Assembly: GCF_000143415.4 (NCBI RefSeq)
Contig: NW_003314301.1
Location: 654,336 to 718,335, forward strand
DNA length: 64,000 bases
Reading direction: 5' to 3'
Origin: Selaginella moellendorffii
Taxonomy: Eukaryota > Plantae > Lycopodiophyta
Positions 24,382-34,420 of the stretch are shown piece after piece. The number at the start of each line of letters is the position of its first letter. The stretch's first letter is position 1. Under the pieces are notes generated by a model. It was not told where the DNA came from and made no database searches. It was given only the letters and a program-made list of their open reading frames with translations. A program made the position numbers and the translations under genes.

Positions 24382-24770
24382 GTGTATGAATGTCTTCCTT
24401 GGACTCGGCAGTGCCAAGCCTGCAAGAATGATCGCGCTGATAACTTCTTCCAGGAGCCTGTCTCAAGCCAAGCAGATCCAAAGTCGGGTCTTTTCCAGCA
24501 GCCACCAAGGGACCTTTCTGTCAAGTCTTCACATCAAATGTATGGGAGATGTGGACGCGTGGCCGTTGCTCGCTCGGTCTTCGATGGTGTAGAACTCACT
24601 TGGAATTTGATGCTTTCAGCATATGCCAAGAACGGGCATTTGCAGAGGGCTAAAGAGGTTTACGACTCCATGCCTGGGAAGGACTTAGTTTCATGCAATG
24701 GAATGCTTGCTGCGTACTCTCAGGCCGGGAAACTGGGTGGCGCCGTCGGGTTTTTTCGAGCGAAGAGTCT
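24382..24770 (+). pseudogene. 5' fragment of PPR gene
   Basis: QMYGRCG..A.ARSVFD..TWNLMLSAYAKNGHLQRAKEVYDSMP; truncated and joined to unrelated sequence. Confidence 0.8.
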
Positions 24771-25219
24771 TAGCTAACCGGAGCAGGGACAACACTGTGT
24801 ATATTGTTGGAGGCAAGCTGCCAGTGGTCGTCTCTGCGATGTGCTGGTTGAGTTTGGGCTTGGCTGCCTGTTTCGCTGATGCCCGATTCTTGATGTGTAA
24901 GGTTCTGGTTTCCTTGCTCAAACCATGGATGGTGATTACAGACCTGAAAGAAGAGTGGCACTTTGCTTGGATGGACGGCGCACGTATGTTTTTGTGCAAG
25001 GCCTCATCAAGGACTCGGCATCCTAGTGTGGTGACCACACTCACGCAAATCCGAGTGAGTGGACAAGAGAATCTAGCAAGGTGAGTCCTTAATTATTTAA
25101 AAGAATTTCTGTTTATAACCTCGAATTAAAGAATCGGGCTTGAAGATACTAATTTAGAGTCTTAGAACATTATTAAAAAATATAAGTTTAAATCCTTTTA
25201 AACGAGAAAAGCTTAGACG

Positions 25220-25990
25220 AATGGATGTTCGGGCAAAGTGGCGGCAAGCTGTGAAGCAAGCCACCAAGGTCTAAGTTCTTCTTTAGTGAGCTGTTATATA
25301 AGATCAATGGCTTGCCAGATTGGTAAAGGTCTGGATACTCTCAAGCGGCTACTGGCTTGAAGCTGTGAGTAGCTTTCAGAGTTTCTGGTTCTTAATCCCT
25401 ATTGCCACAGGTTGATGAAATACACCCCTCTGCACATATTTTGAATAAATGTGTCTGGTCGGACTAGTCTTTTTATCAGATCGTTCTTAGGTTAAAGTTG
25501 AAGAAGTCATATTATAAGTGACAGAAAAGTTGAATCTAGATCCAGTAAGTTTCATTGCACTTAAAATTGGCCTCTTCATGACGAACAGGAAGAAAGGGGT
25601 AGATTTGAGGTGATAATCCAAGAAGGGAAAGTGGACTATAAGGCAACTGGCATTCCTGTCCATGAAACTTATTCTCCTACATTCATGTTTGTAATGGATC
25701 CAAATGGGATATATGCTGCTGAGGTAGGCATCCTTATTATTCTATACAAATTCGTCTCTTCCTTCCAGAAAAAAGATGGTTACCAACAAGACTCCTCTGC
25801 ATACATTCAACATTCTTGCTGCAGCCGATAAAGGCAAGAGATTTTTATTTTCAAATGATTGTGACCAAAGGTATATATATTGTTTCAGAGTGTGAACAAT
25901 TCTAGTGGACATTATAAACCAGATTCCTAGACCTTGCACAACTTCTTTAACAGATTGAGCAAAAGAGGTGTCAATACAGCTTTACTGAAA
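25220..25990 (+). pseudogene. IQM-family (IQM1-like calmodulin-binding protein) pseudogene, copy 1
   Basis: Spliced fragments DVRAKWRQAVKQATK|IGKGL...YWLEA|VD...; EERGRFEVIIQEGKVDYKATG...FVMDPNG.IY; QHS; SGHYKP...LHNF...L.KRGVN. These parallel the IQM motifs WLEAID, YEVIVEDGKL.Y and SGHY.P. Frameshifts present. Confidence 0.7.
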
Positions 25991-26327
25991 ACTTCTACTT
26001 TCCAATTGTAAGCTATAAGTTTTTTCTTTCTAATTTGCCAATTTACTTTCACTTTAGCTTCAATTAATTTCCTTTACCAAAGTTCCACTTAATGTACTAG
26101 CTTTACTACTCAACTACTCATTGCACAAGCAATGGGGTCATTAAAATAGGGCATATCCATGCCCTACTTTAGGAGCTCACTTTTTTTCTTTTTCTTTTTC
26201 TTTTTTAAATATATTTATAATATAAGTTTAATTGAAAATTTTAGAAATATTGTAATATTTTTATAAAAATAAATTTTTAAAAAAGACACAAATTTCTTAT
26301 ATATTAGAGCTAATTAAGTATAAACCT

Positions 26328-27221
26328 ATGAAAATATTATTGTTTTTATTTTTATATTTTATATTTTTAATTAAAAATATAGTTTATGGAAGAGCAACTG
26401 TACAATGGGGTAATAATAATACACTTACTGAAAATGAAATTAACCTTATAATTAATAATGGATTCTTAGATCTTTTAACTCATATTAAAAATTATCATTC
26501 ATATTCAAGAAATTTTAAGAATTTAACTGTTTTAAATATTGGCAGGGGTGTATTTGCTGTAAGAATTGAGCGTGTGGATGGAGAGCCACCATATTGTTCA
26601 ACTGGTCAAACTGAAAGTACAATTATTGGCATGAGAATAAAAGAAGCTGTTAGGTACTTAGTCAATACATATAATACTACAATGATTGCAGCAAAATCTG
26701 ATGTATGCAAAATTATATCTCAAAATTATATAATTCAATATTCAGTTGTATTTTGGTGGAGACTAACCTTAAGTAAAGTTAATAGTTTGTTTACATCTTA
26801 TCTTTCATATGATAATTGTGATACTACCTTAACTACTTTAAATGCTGGTTTTTCAGACCATGTGTTATATACAGGCCAATTTTTGGTATCCCCAAATCGC
26901 AAAAATGTATTAGTAATAGAAATAAATTGTAAAGTTTCACTTTATTCAGGAAAAAATTTACTATGGAGATCTGATATTACGTTTGATTTTATTGGTCAAT
27001 GTAAGCTTGATCTTCAAAAAGATGGGAATTTGGTATTATATACTGACAAGAAAATAAAAATGTGGTCAATTGATCATTATTGTTATAATCAACCAGATTG
27101 TATATTTCTTACTTATCTTAGTTTATTAAACAATTGCAATTTAGTAATTTATGAGGCTAATAGTCCAAATGCTATTTGGTGGGAGACAAAAACTACTAAT
27201 CATTTTGGTTGTTTAAAATAA
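26328..27221 (+). CDS. Secreted protein: signal peptide + unrecognised ~140-aa domain + C-terminal bulb/GNA-type mannose-binding lectin domain
   Basis: Intronless 297-aa ORF with hydrophobic N-terminus MKILLFLFLYFIFLI. The lectin domain shows VLYTGQFLVS, LLWRS, CKLDLQKDGNLVLY, LSLLNNCNLVIY and IWWET. Comparison with copy 2 shows an excess of synonymous changes. Confidence 0.85.
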   Translation: MKILLFLFLYFIFLIKNIVYGRATVQWGNNNTLTENEINLIINNGFLDLLTHIKNYHSYSRNFKNLTVLNIGRGVFAVRIERVDGEPPYCSTGQTESTIIGMRIKEAVRYLVNTYNTTMIAAKSDVCKIISQNYIIQYSVVFWWRLTLSKVNSLFTSYLSYDNCDTTLTTLNAGFSDHVLYTGQFLVSPNRKNVLVIEINCKVSLYSGKNLLWRSDITFDFIGQCKLDLQKDGNLVLYTDKKIKMWSIDHYCYNQPDCIFLTYLSLLNNCNLVIYEANSPNAIWWETKTTNHFGCLK

Positions 27222-27863
27222 TACTTAAGATTTATATTAGTCATGTAAAACCTTATTAAGTTCAATTCAATTTACAATAGTTTAGTATCCAAATAAAAAT
27301 TAGAGGGACCAAGAGTGAATTAAATTGCATGCAAAGTCTTTTCTCTTTTTTTGTGCTCTGAGTGGAATATCATATTCAAATCTAATGCTTCCATCATTCC
27401 TTGCCATGTAAAACCATCCAACTTAAAATTTAATACTTCCATCATTTTTTGGCATGAAAAACCACCAAATATCTTTTAGTGAAAGGCATCAAAACCATAA
27501 TTGAAACTTTTATTAAATGTTTTTGAAATTCTTTGTATAAGCTATTGTTGAATAGCTTTATTTAATTATAATTTATTTTTATTGAGCATGAAAAGCATGA
27601 TAAAATTCAAGCTATAATACGGGTAACCAAGGACAACATGGTAGGGAAAAGAAAAAGAAAAAGAAATGTTTAAAATATATGGTTATTATCTTGGTATGTT
27701 CTTCATGTCTCAAGATTGTTTTTAATACGCAGAGTCCAAGTGACAAGAGCCAGTTCATTGACACTACAAGCTTTAGCCAGTTTGCCTATGAAATTAGCTA
27801 TATCACATCAACCTTAGAATGAGCTTCATATCTGGAGAGCTGTCTACTCACACAAGGTAACAG

Positions 27864-27930
27864 TGCTTTTGAAGGACTGGGTTTAATGACAAGTTTGTTG
27901 CAGCCGAGCTACAACGAAACTTAAGACAAT
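27864..27930 (+). pseudogene. Remnant of the last TBC RabGAP exon (duplication junction)
   Basis: tgcttttgaaggactggg..atgacaagtt..ttgcagccgagctacaac..ttaagacaat matches 21981-22084. Confidence 0.8.
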
Positions 27931-27987
27931 TTTAAACACAGTCAAAACATATTTAACTTCAGATGAGCTTTGGTGTAGAAGTTTTGA

Positions 27988-28908
27988 CTAAGCCACCCTA
28001 AGTTTCTTCACAGCTGGATGGCTAGAGTGTGGAGTGCTTCTCTTCCCTCCACAACAACTTGTGATATTGGCAGTAGCCCGTGTGGTGCTACAGTTCTCTA
28101 GAATCCAAGGATGATTGATCACTTGGTCTAGTGTCAATCTCTTCCTGGGATCCAAGTCCAGCATGCCCATAATCAGATTTTTCGCCTCTGGTGACAGATT
28201 GGCAGGCCACTGGAACTCCCCCTCGCGCAGCAAATGCATCTCCAGGTTCGATCGCTGGTAGCCCTTGAGGAGTTCGTATGCGATCACTCCAAGCCCCCAA
28301 ACATCCACCGCCTTCGTGTAAGACAGCCCATATCTCTCGACAAAGATAAGCTCGGGAGCCATGTACTTCTCAGTCCCGCAGCTCTGGCTCATCTCTCTGG
28401 CATCGTCGGTCGCCACTCCAAAATCCCCAATCACTGGCCTGATCGTGCTTGCATCTTGCAGCTTGGTGAAAACGTTCTCCAGCTTGAGATCGCGATGGAC
28501 AACACCACTCGAGTGGACGCCCTTGAGTGTCTCAGCCAGCTCCTTAACGATCTCGGCTACCTCCTCCTCCCTCAGTGGCCCTTTCATCGCTAGATCGCGC
28601 AGGCTAGGGCCACAAAGTTCCATGACCATCGTCCCAAAGCAACGCCCGCCAACCTTCCTCTCCCTCCTCAGCCCATGGAGGAAGACAACTCCAGGAATGG
28701 GGCGAAGCTTGTCCAAGATCCTTGTCTCCCTCTCGGCACAACTCTCCGACTTAAACATCTTTCCTGCGTACCTATGGCGGTTGCGGGCTGCGTCGCTCAG
28801 CAAGTAGACTTGGCCCTGTCCTCCATGCCCCAACTTCTCGTGTCTGATGTACCACTTGAGAAGCTCGCCACACTCGTCATCTCTAAACTCGCCATCCTCG
28901 AGCGCCAT
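27988..28908 (-). CDS. Minimal intronless CAMK-group-like Ser/Thr protein kinase, copy 1
   Basis: GHGGQG loop, YAGK, HRDLKLEN, DFG, GTEKYMAPE, DVWGLGV, LSPEAKNLIMGML..DPRKRLT...HPW. No EF-hands or transmembrane segment. Confidence 0.92.
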   Translation of the reverse strand: MALEDGEFRDDECGELLKWYIRHEKLGHGGQGQVYLLSDAARNRHRYAGKMFKSESCAERETRILDKLRPIPGVVFLHGLRRERKVGGRCFGTMVMELCGPSLRDLAMKGPLREEEVAEIVKELAETLKGVHSSGVVHRDLKLENVFTKLQDASTIRPVIGDFGVATDDAREMSQSCGTEKYMAPELIFVERYGLSYTKAVDVWGLGVIAYELLKGYQRSNLEMHLLREGEFQWPANLSPEAKNLIMGMLDLDPRKRLTLDQVINHPWILENCSTTRATANITSCCGGKRSTPHSSHPAVKKLRVA

Positions 28909-29541
28909 CTTCCCCTTTTTCTCGCTTGGTTTTAAGAAAACCTAGCTTCCCACAACAGGTTTAATGATCGCGAAAAGGCCATTACTTTTATTAAACTAAA
29001 AACTTCACCAGTAAAAAACTGACCATTGTAAAAGACCATTTTAAGATCCAATGGCTAATATTTTTTGGTTTTCTTAAGGGAAGGGGAGTTAAGATGGTAG
29101 TGAATATACTTAAAATATGCTTGAAAATTTAAATATTCTACCATCTAACGGTTCTTATTCATTTAGATTAATTTTGTATTTATACTTTCTTAAACACTTT
29201 CTAGTATATTCTATTTTATTCTACCGGTTGGTATTGCAATAAAATTAATCTTGTGTTTATAAATTACAAACATGCTTATAATTATAAATTTTTATTTGAT
29301 CAATTAGATTAATAATTAAAAATAACACTACTATTAAGCAAACAAACGCGTAACAAATTATTATTAATTAGAATAATTTATATGGAATTAAAGGTGATCG
29401 CTATTTTATAATTACCCTCCAGGGTTGACCAGCGCGTTGTTTGATGCAGTCGGAGTTTTACGTGTACATGCAAACCAGCCAAGCACGGAAGCTTCACGAG
29501 CAGAGTTATGACTATGCGCACGATCATTCCCTTCGTGAAGA
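28909..29541. promoter_or_regulatory. AT-rich divergent promoter between kinase and fucosyltransferase (also at 42613-43245 and 56953-57585)
   Basis: 633-bp spacer between opposing ATGs. It appears identical in all three intact copies. Confidence 0.6.
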
Positions 29542-31077
29542 ATGGAGAGAGTCGCGAAAATGGCGTCTTACTCCAACCCAAAATCCATCGCTCTGATTAC
29601 CACTGGTCTCTTCTTCCTCTACGTTTTGCTGTCTCAGAATCACTTTCCGGACAAGATCGTGGAAGATCTCATCGTTCCAGAGCAAGGCGATGCTCGCCAG
29701 TGCCGGAGCCGCGTAGAGTTCCAGTCCTATCGCCGCAAATCGACAGACCCATCGGCGGAAAGCTACTCGCCATCGCCAGCTCTCATCCACCGCCTGCGAC
29801 GCTACGAGCAAATCCACGCCCGGTGCTCTCGATTGATCCAAGATGATCCAAACGGCGATCACGGCGACTGCCAATTCGTGGTGTGGATCGCGCCATTTGG
29901 ATCGCAGGGCCTGGGGAACAAGATGCTGGCGATTGCTTCCACTTTTCTCTATGCTCTGCTCACGAACAGAGTTTTACTCATCGCGAGAGATTCGTCCGCA
30001 GAGAACATGGATCGATTGTTCTGCGAGCCATTCCCAAAGAGTTCCTGGCTCCTTCCCAGACCCCTGGAGATCCGATTATCCACAGTCAACGATTCATCGC
30101 GGATCGGCCATGCCCCGGATCTAAAAATCACTCCTCAGCACTGTCACGATTTCGCGAGCTCGATCAAGTTTCCAGATGTGGCCTACTCGTATCTGTCCGT
30201 GGACTACACCCCGGACGATCGAAAATTCTTCTGCAAGGAGCAGCAAAAACTCTTGCAATCGCAGGTAACGTGGCTGTTTCTCCGGTCAAACGTCTACTTT
30301 GCTCCGGGATTGTTCTTGGTGGAATCCTTCCGGAGTGATCTCGCGAAGCTCTTCCCCCAGCAGCAGGCGATTTTCCACCACTTGAGCCGCTATCTCTTCC
30401 ATCCCATCGATCCGGTGTGGGATCGCACAGCGCGGTTCTACGACTCATATCTCGCGCGCGCCGACCGCGTAGTCGGCATCCAAATGAGAGTTCCTCCACA
30501 CTTGCAAGGAGTTCGTCAAAACCTGGCGGCGGAGGTGTTCCAATGCGCCGTGGAGACAAAGATCCTTCCCAATATCAGCAAGAACAACGTCGCGAGGATC
30601 AAGCTCCGCTCCTCGATCAGCTCGCAGCAGCAGCAGATCGCGGCGGTGGTGACTTCGCTGGATGAGCACCACTTTGACGTGCTGCGAGAGATCTACCTCA
30701 ACTCCTCCACCGCCGATGGATCGATCGTGAGAGTGGAGCAGCCCAGCCACGAGGGGCAGCAGCACACCGGATTTCTCGATCACGATGAGAAGGCTCTCGC
30801 GGAGATTTACTTGCTGGGGCTCAGCGATGTGCTGATCACGAGTCCTGGCTCCACTTTCGGCTACATTGGCCAGGGATTAGCCGGGTTGAGGCCTTGGCTT
30901 ATGTGGGCTGGGCCTGGCTCAGGCAGGGACATTTGCTCCAAGGCAAGAACTATGGATCCTTGCTTCTTTTCGTTTGGGGAGTCTAACTGCGATTGTGGAG
31001 AGGCTGTCAAGCTTGACAATGTGGAGCGGTGTCAAGATTGGCCTATAGCGCCTGGTGTTCAACTCAAAACAACTTGA
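29542..31077 (+). CDS. GT37 (xyloglucan FUT1-like) fucosyltransferase, copy 1 (511 aa)
   Basis: Type II N-terminal TM segment, then GLGNKMLAIASTFLYALLTNRVLL, LFCEPFP.SSWLLP, IFHHLSRYLFHP, VGIQMR, VTSL, QPSHE, KALAEIYLL, STFGYIGQGLAGLRPW, MDPCF. Intronless. Confidence 0.93.
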   Translation: MERVAKMASYSNPKSIALITTGLFFLYVLLSQNHFPDKIVEDLIVPEQGDARQCRSRVEFQSYRRKSTDPSAESYSPSPALIHRLRRYEQIHARCSRLIQDDPNGDHGDCQFVVWIAPFGSQGLGNKMLAIASTFLYALLTNRVLLIARDSSAENMDRLFCEPFPKSSWLLPRPLEIRLSTVNDSSRIGHAPDLKITPQHCHDFASSIKFPDVAYSYLSVDYTPDDRKFFCKEQQKLLQSQVTWLFLRSNVYFAPGLFLVESFRSDLAKLFPQQQAIFHHLSRYLFHPIDPVWDRTARFYDSYLARADRVVGIQMRVPPHLQGVRQNLAAEVFQCAVETKILPNISKNNVARIKLRSSISSQQQQIAAVVTSLDEHHFDVLREIYLNSSTADGSIVRVEQPSHEGQQHTGFLDHDEKALAEIYLLGLSDVLITSPGSTFGYIGQGLAGLRPWLMWAGPGSGRDICSKARTMDPCFFSFGESNCDCGEAVKLDNVERCQDWPIAPGVQLKTT

Positions 31078-31461
31078 ATCTTTATTTATTCTTTTTAGGA
31101 CATGTAGAGAGTTCTATTGTGTCTTCCAATGTGGACCATTTTGGTATGAATTGTTTGATATGCTACTGATTTCAAGGAAGTTATCTTTCTTTGACGTGGT
31201 TATGCCTCCCATTCAACGAGCTTGGATGTTACAAAAAGGAATCCACGACTAAGATGTGCGAGGATAAATTCTAGAACAAGAAATGACATAGCGAAGTCAT
31301 ATCAAGATGTTTAGTGATTCACGTCGTGAAGCCCGTCACTTTGATACGCTCATAGGCACCCACGATCTGTCCAAAAATTATACAAGATGTTACAAACATA
31401 CATTACGGGTGGGCTCTTGTTTCCATGATGTAAACTCCTGGTGACAAGTTTTCGTGCATGA

Positions 31462-33197
31462 ATGCCTTCTTCGGACTCGGCAGTGCCGCGCCTGCAAGAA
31501 TGCATCGCGCTGATAACTTCTTCCAGGAGCCTGTCTCAAGCCAAGCAGATCCACAGTCGGGTTTCTTCCAGCAGCCACCGAGGGACTTATCTTATCTTCT
31601 CATTCAAATGTATGGGAGATGAACGGGAAGTTGCGAGAAGCGTTGTCATTGTTAGAAAGGATGCCAAGAAACAATTTGGTGTCATACAACTTAATTCTAA
31701 GCGCTTTAGCCGCTCAAGGTCTCTTTGACGAAGCAAAGGAATTCTTTGCTAAAATTCCCAATCCAAGCATTATCTCGTGGAATACACTCCTTGCTGCATA
31801 TACTCCAATTGGGCATCTTGACGAGATCATCATGCTTTACAACCAAATTCCAACAAGGATATAGTCTCAGACACAGCACTCTTGAATGCCTTTTCTGAAA
31901 ATGGGAAACTTGAGCCAGCAAAGATGGTATTTGATGCAATGGAGGAATGGGACCTTGTGTCAATGAATGCAATGCTAGCGGCATTTTGTGACAGTGGGAG
32001 CTCGTTCAATGCCAAGGAGATGCTCAGTTGGATGTGTGCTCGGAATCTTAGCTCTTGGAACTGCGTTCTCCGATCATTTGCTCTTGATGGGGATCTTGAC
32101 GAGACAAAGAGATTATTTGACAAAATGCCCGAGTGGGACCAAATGTCTTTCAATTTCATGCTTGCGGCATATGTCTCAGGCGGGCATCATGGTCTTGCTA
32201 AAGTAATGTACGAAACACTACTTCGTGAGAAAGATTCCTTTTCACACGTCGCCATGCTAAGTGCCTACACTGTACAGTGCAAGGTTGACGATGCAAAGCT
32301 TTTGTTTGATAGCATGCCATGCAGGTTTCTTTTTATTTGGAACTCTATGCTTTCGGCATATGCCCAAAACGGTCATCCGGACAATGCAAAACATCATTTT
32401 GATGCCATGCCCGAGTGGGACATTGTCGCTTGGACCTCTTTATTATATTCCAGAAATTATCAAATGTGGAGGAAGCGAAGGTGTTGTTTGAGAAGATGCC
32501 TGAGCGAGATCTAATCGCATGGAATGCTATGTTTTTAGGACATTCCCAACACAGGCATTTAGAAGACTCAAAGTGCCTGTTTGATTTGATGCCTTCCCAC
32601 AATATTGTCTCTTACAACACTCTGATGGCAGCTTACTCTCAGCATGGATACATCGAGGATGCCCTCTTGGTCTTCCAGAAAATGAGACACAGGAACTCTA
32701 TTTCGTGGAACACTCTACTTGTGTCATATGCTCAAAATGGGCATACGAATACTGCAAAGGCGTTTTTCTCAACCTTGCCCGAGCAAAATCTGGTTTCTTG
32801 GAATGTAGTAATTGGAATGTATGCTTTAAATGGGCAAACTGCACAATCCTTGGAGCTCTTTAGAAACTGTGTTGCTGATGGTGTCAATCTGGATGATGTA
32901 TCTTTTACCTCTGCATTGATTGCTTTGAGCCATAGCGGTGAGGTTGACGATTCACTTTTTCTGTTTAAATCAATGATAGCAGACTACTTAGTAACGCCTG
33001 GCAAGCAACAATATGGTTGTATCATCTCCTTGTTTGCTCGTGGAGGATATGATAGATCCTGTAAAGAACTCATTGATACAATGCCTTTCTTTCCTGATAC
33101 TCACGACTGGACGTGCCTGGCAAGTGCCAATAGAATCTACAAATCTAACAGCCTTGGAATGGGGCATCACAATACACGAAAACAAAATGCCAACTAG
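31462..33197 (+). pseudogene. Short-repeat PPR (PLS-E type) pseudogene
   Basis: ~31-aa repeats (FDKMPEWD..SWN.ML.AY). Large internal deletion at ~31620 relative to the 59623 copy, plus frameshifts. Confidence 0.85.
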
Positions 33198-34420
33198 CAG
33201 AAGCATCTCGCATGCTTGGTAACAGAGCAAGCTTAGACTTGGTTGAAAGGTACCTAAGTCATGTCCAACTTCGCCATGTCCTTGTCGGTCTCGCATTCCC
33301 CATAGGCTGGAGCTTGTGTCACTGAGCCTTCTCTCACACTCGAGCCACCTCTTCATGCCGCGAAAAATTCCTCACAACTTTGTTCTTCGCACGATCATCG
33401 ACTGCTCCTACTCTCTCACATGCTTCTCCGGTTCCAGACGGCATTCATTACGAGCATAGCAATGTGATCTTGGTTTACAATTTTGCAGCAATCTCGCGAG
33501 CGCATGACGAAGTAGTGCATGAAAGCCTCTTCTTGTGCTGTCAACTCTGATATCGTCGATGGTTGATTCTTGGACTTCAGGCGTCCAAGAAAACAGCCAG
33601 CTGCATATTTCTCAAGTGATCACGTCGAATCAGATCCAAAACTCTTTGTTTACCTTGCTGAATCCCCCATCCTTGTAGCGGAAGGTGGTAGCGTCACTTT
33701 CTCTAGGTTTGCGCTCGTACGCCACCAGACCCTCGCACCACTAAGTAGAAGCTTGCGTAGGGAACCAGATGGTTTTCAGACTCATGAAGCTCCTCGCTTC
33801 CATCAACAAAGAAGTGGAACTTCTCAGCTCTTGGCTGCTGCCTCTTGTGCTCCTCGACAACCTACACTGCCTCTTCCATCTTCTGGATTGGCGATTGCAC
33901 GAATTACAAATCACTGTATCCCAGAACCTCGTCAAACGGAATAGAGTTGCTTATCCAAGAATATGCATGCGATAAATAAATTTGACGGCTGTAACTTGGG
34001 ATCTCCGTGTTGTATCTGGTGTTATGAGCAAAAACTTAGCTTCCTCCGTTCTAGTTAACATTTGAAGAAACGAGTGAGCTTACTTGTCCCTGTAGAGAAG
34101 ATTGAGCTCCGCAGTGGTTAATTAATAAGAGTTCAGCCAATCTTTCCTTGATGCCATCTGGTGGAAACTGCAAGCCACTGCTCTAAAATCAACTTACTCA
34201 CGCTCTTGGGACCGTAAATGAGATGGTGTACCAAAAATCGCAGACATACCTGCTCACAGTTGCTCTTATGCCTGGAGGTGGCCTTAAACTCAGGCGGCCC
34301 ATTCCAATGTATGGTAACTTTGTGGACTTGGTTCACTGGCATAATTGTATCACTTCCTTGGCCTCCCGTAATCTCTCTTGAAACCGGGCCAAGGCTCATT
34401 AGGGCTTTAGAATTCTGGAC

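Noticed and set aside
26328-28908. S-domain (G-type lectin) receptor kinase formed by lectin + kinase
   Set aside because: The two ORFs are on opposite strands, each has its own start and stop, there is no transmembrane linker, and the kinase is not RLK/Pelle-like.
28909-29400. MITE or Helitron within the AT-rich kinase-FUT spacer
   Set aside because: I could not find terminal inverted repeats, a TSD or a convincing Helitron end.
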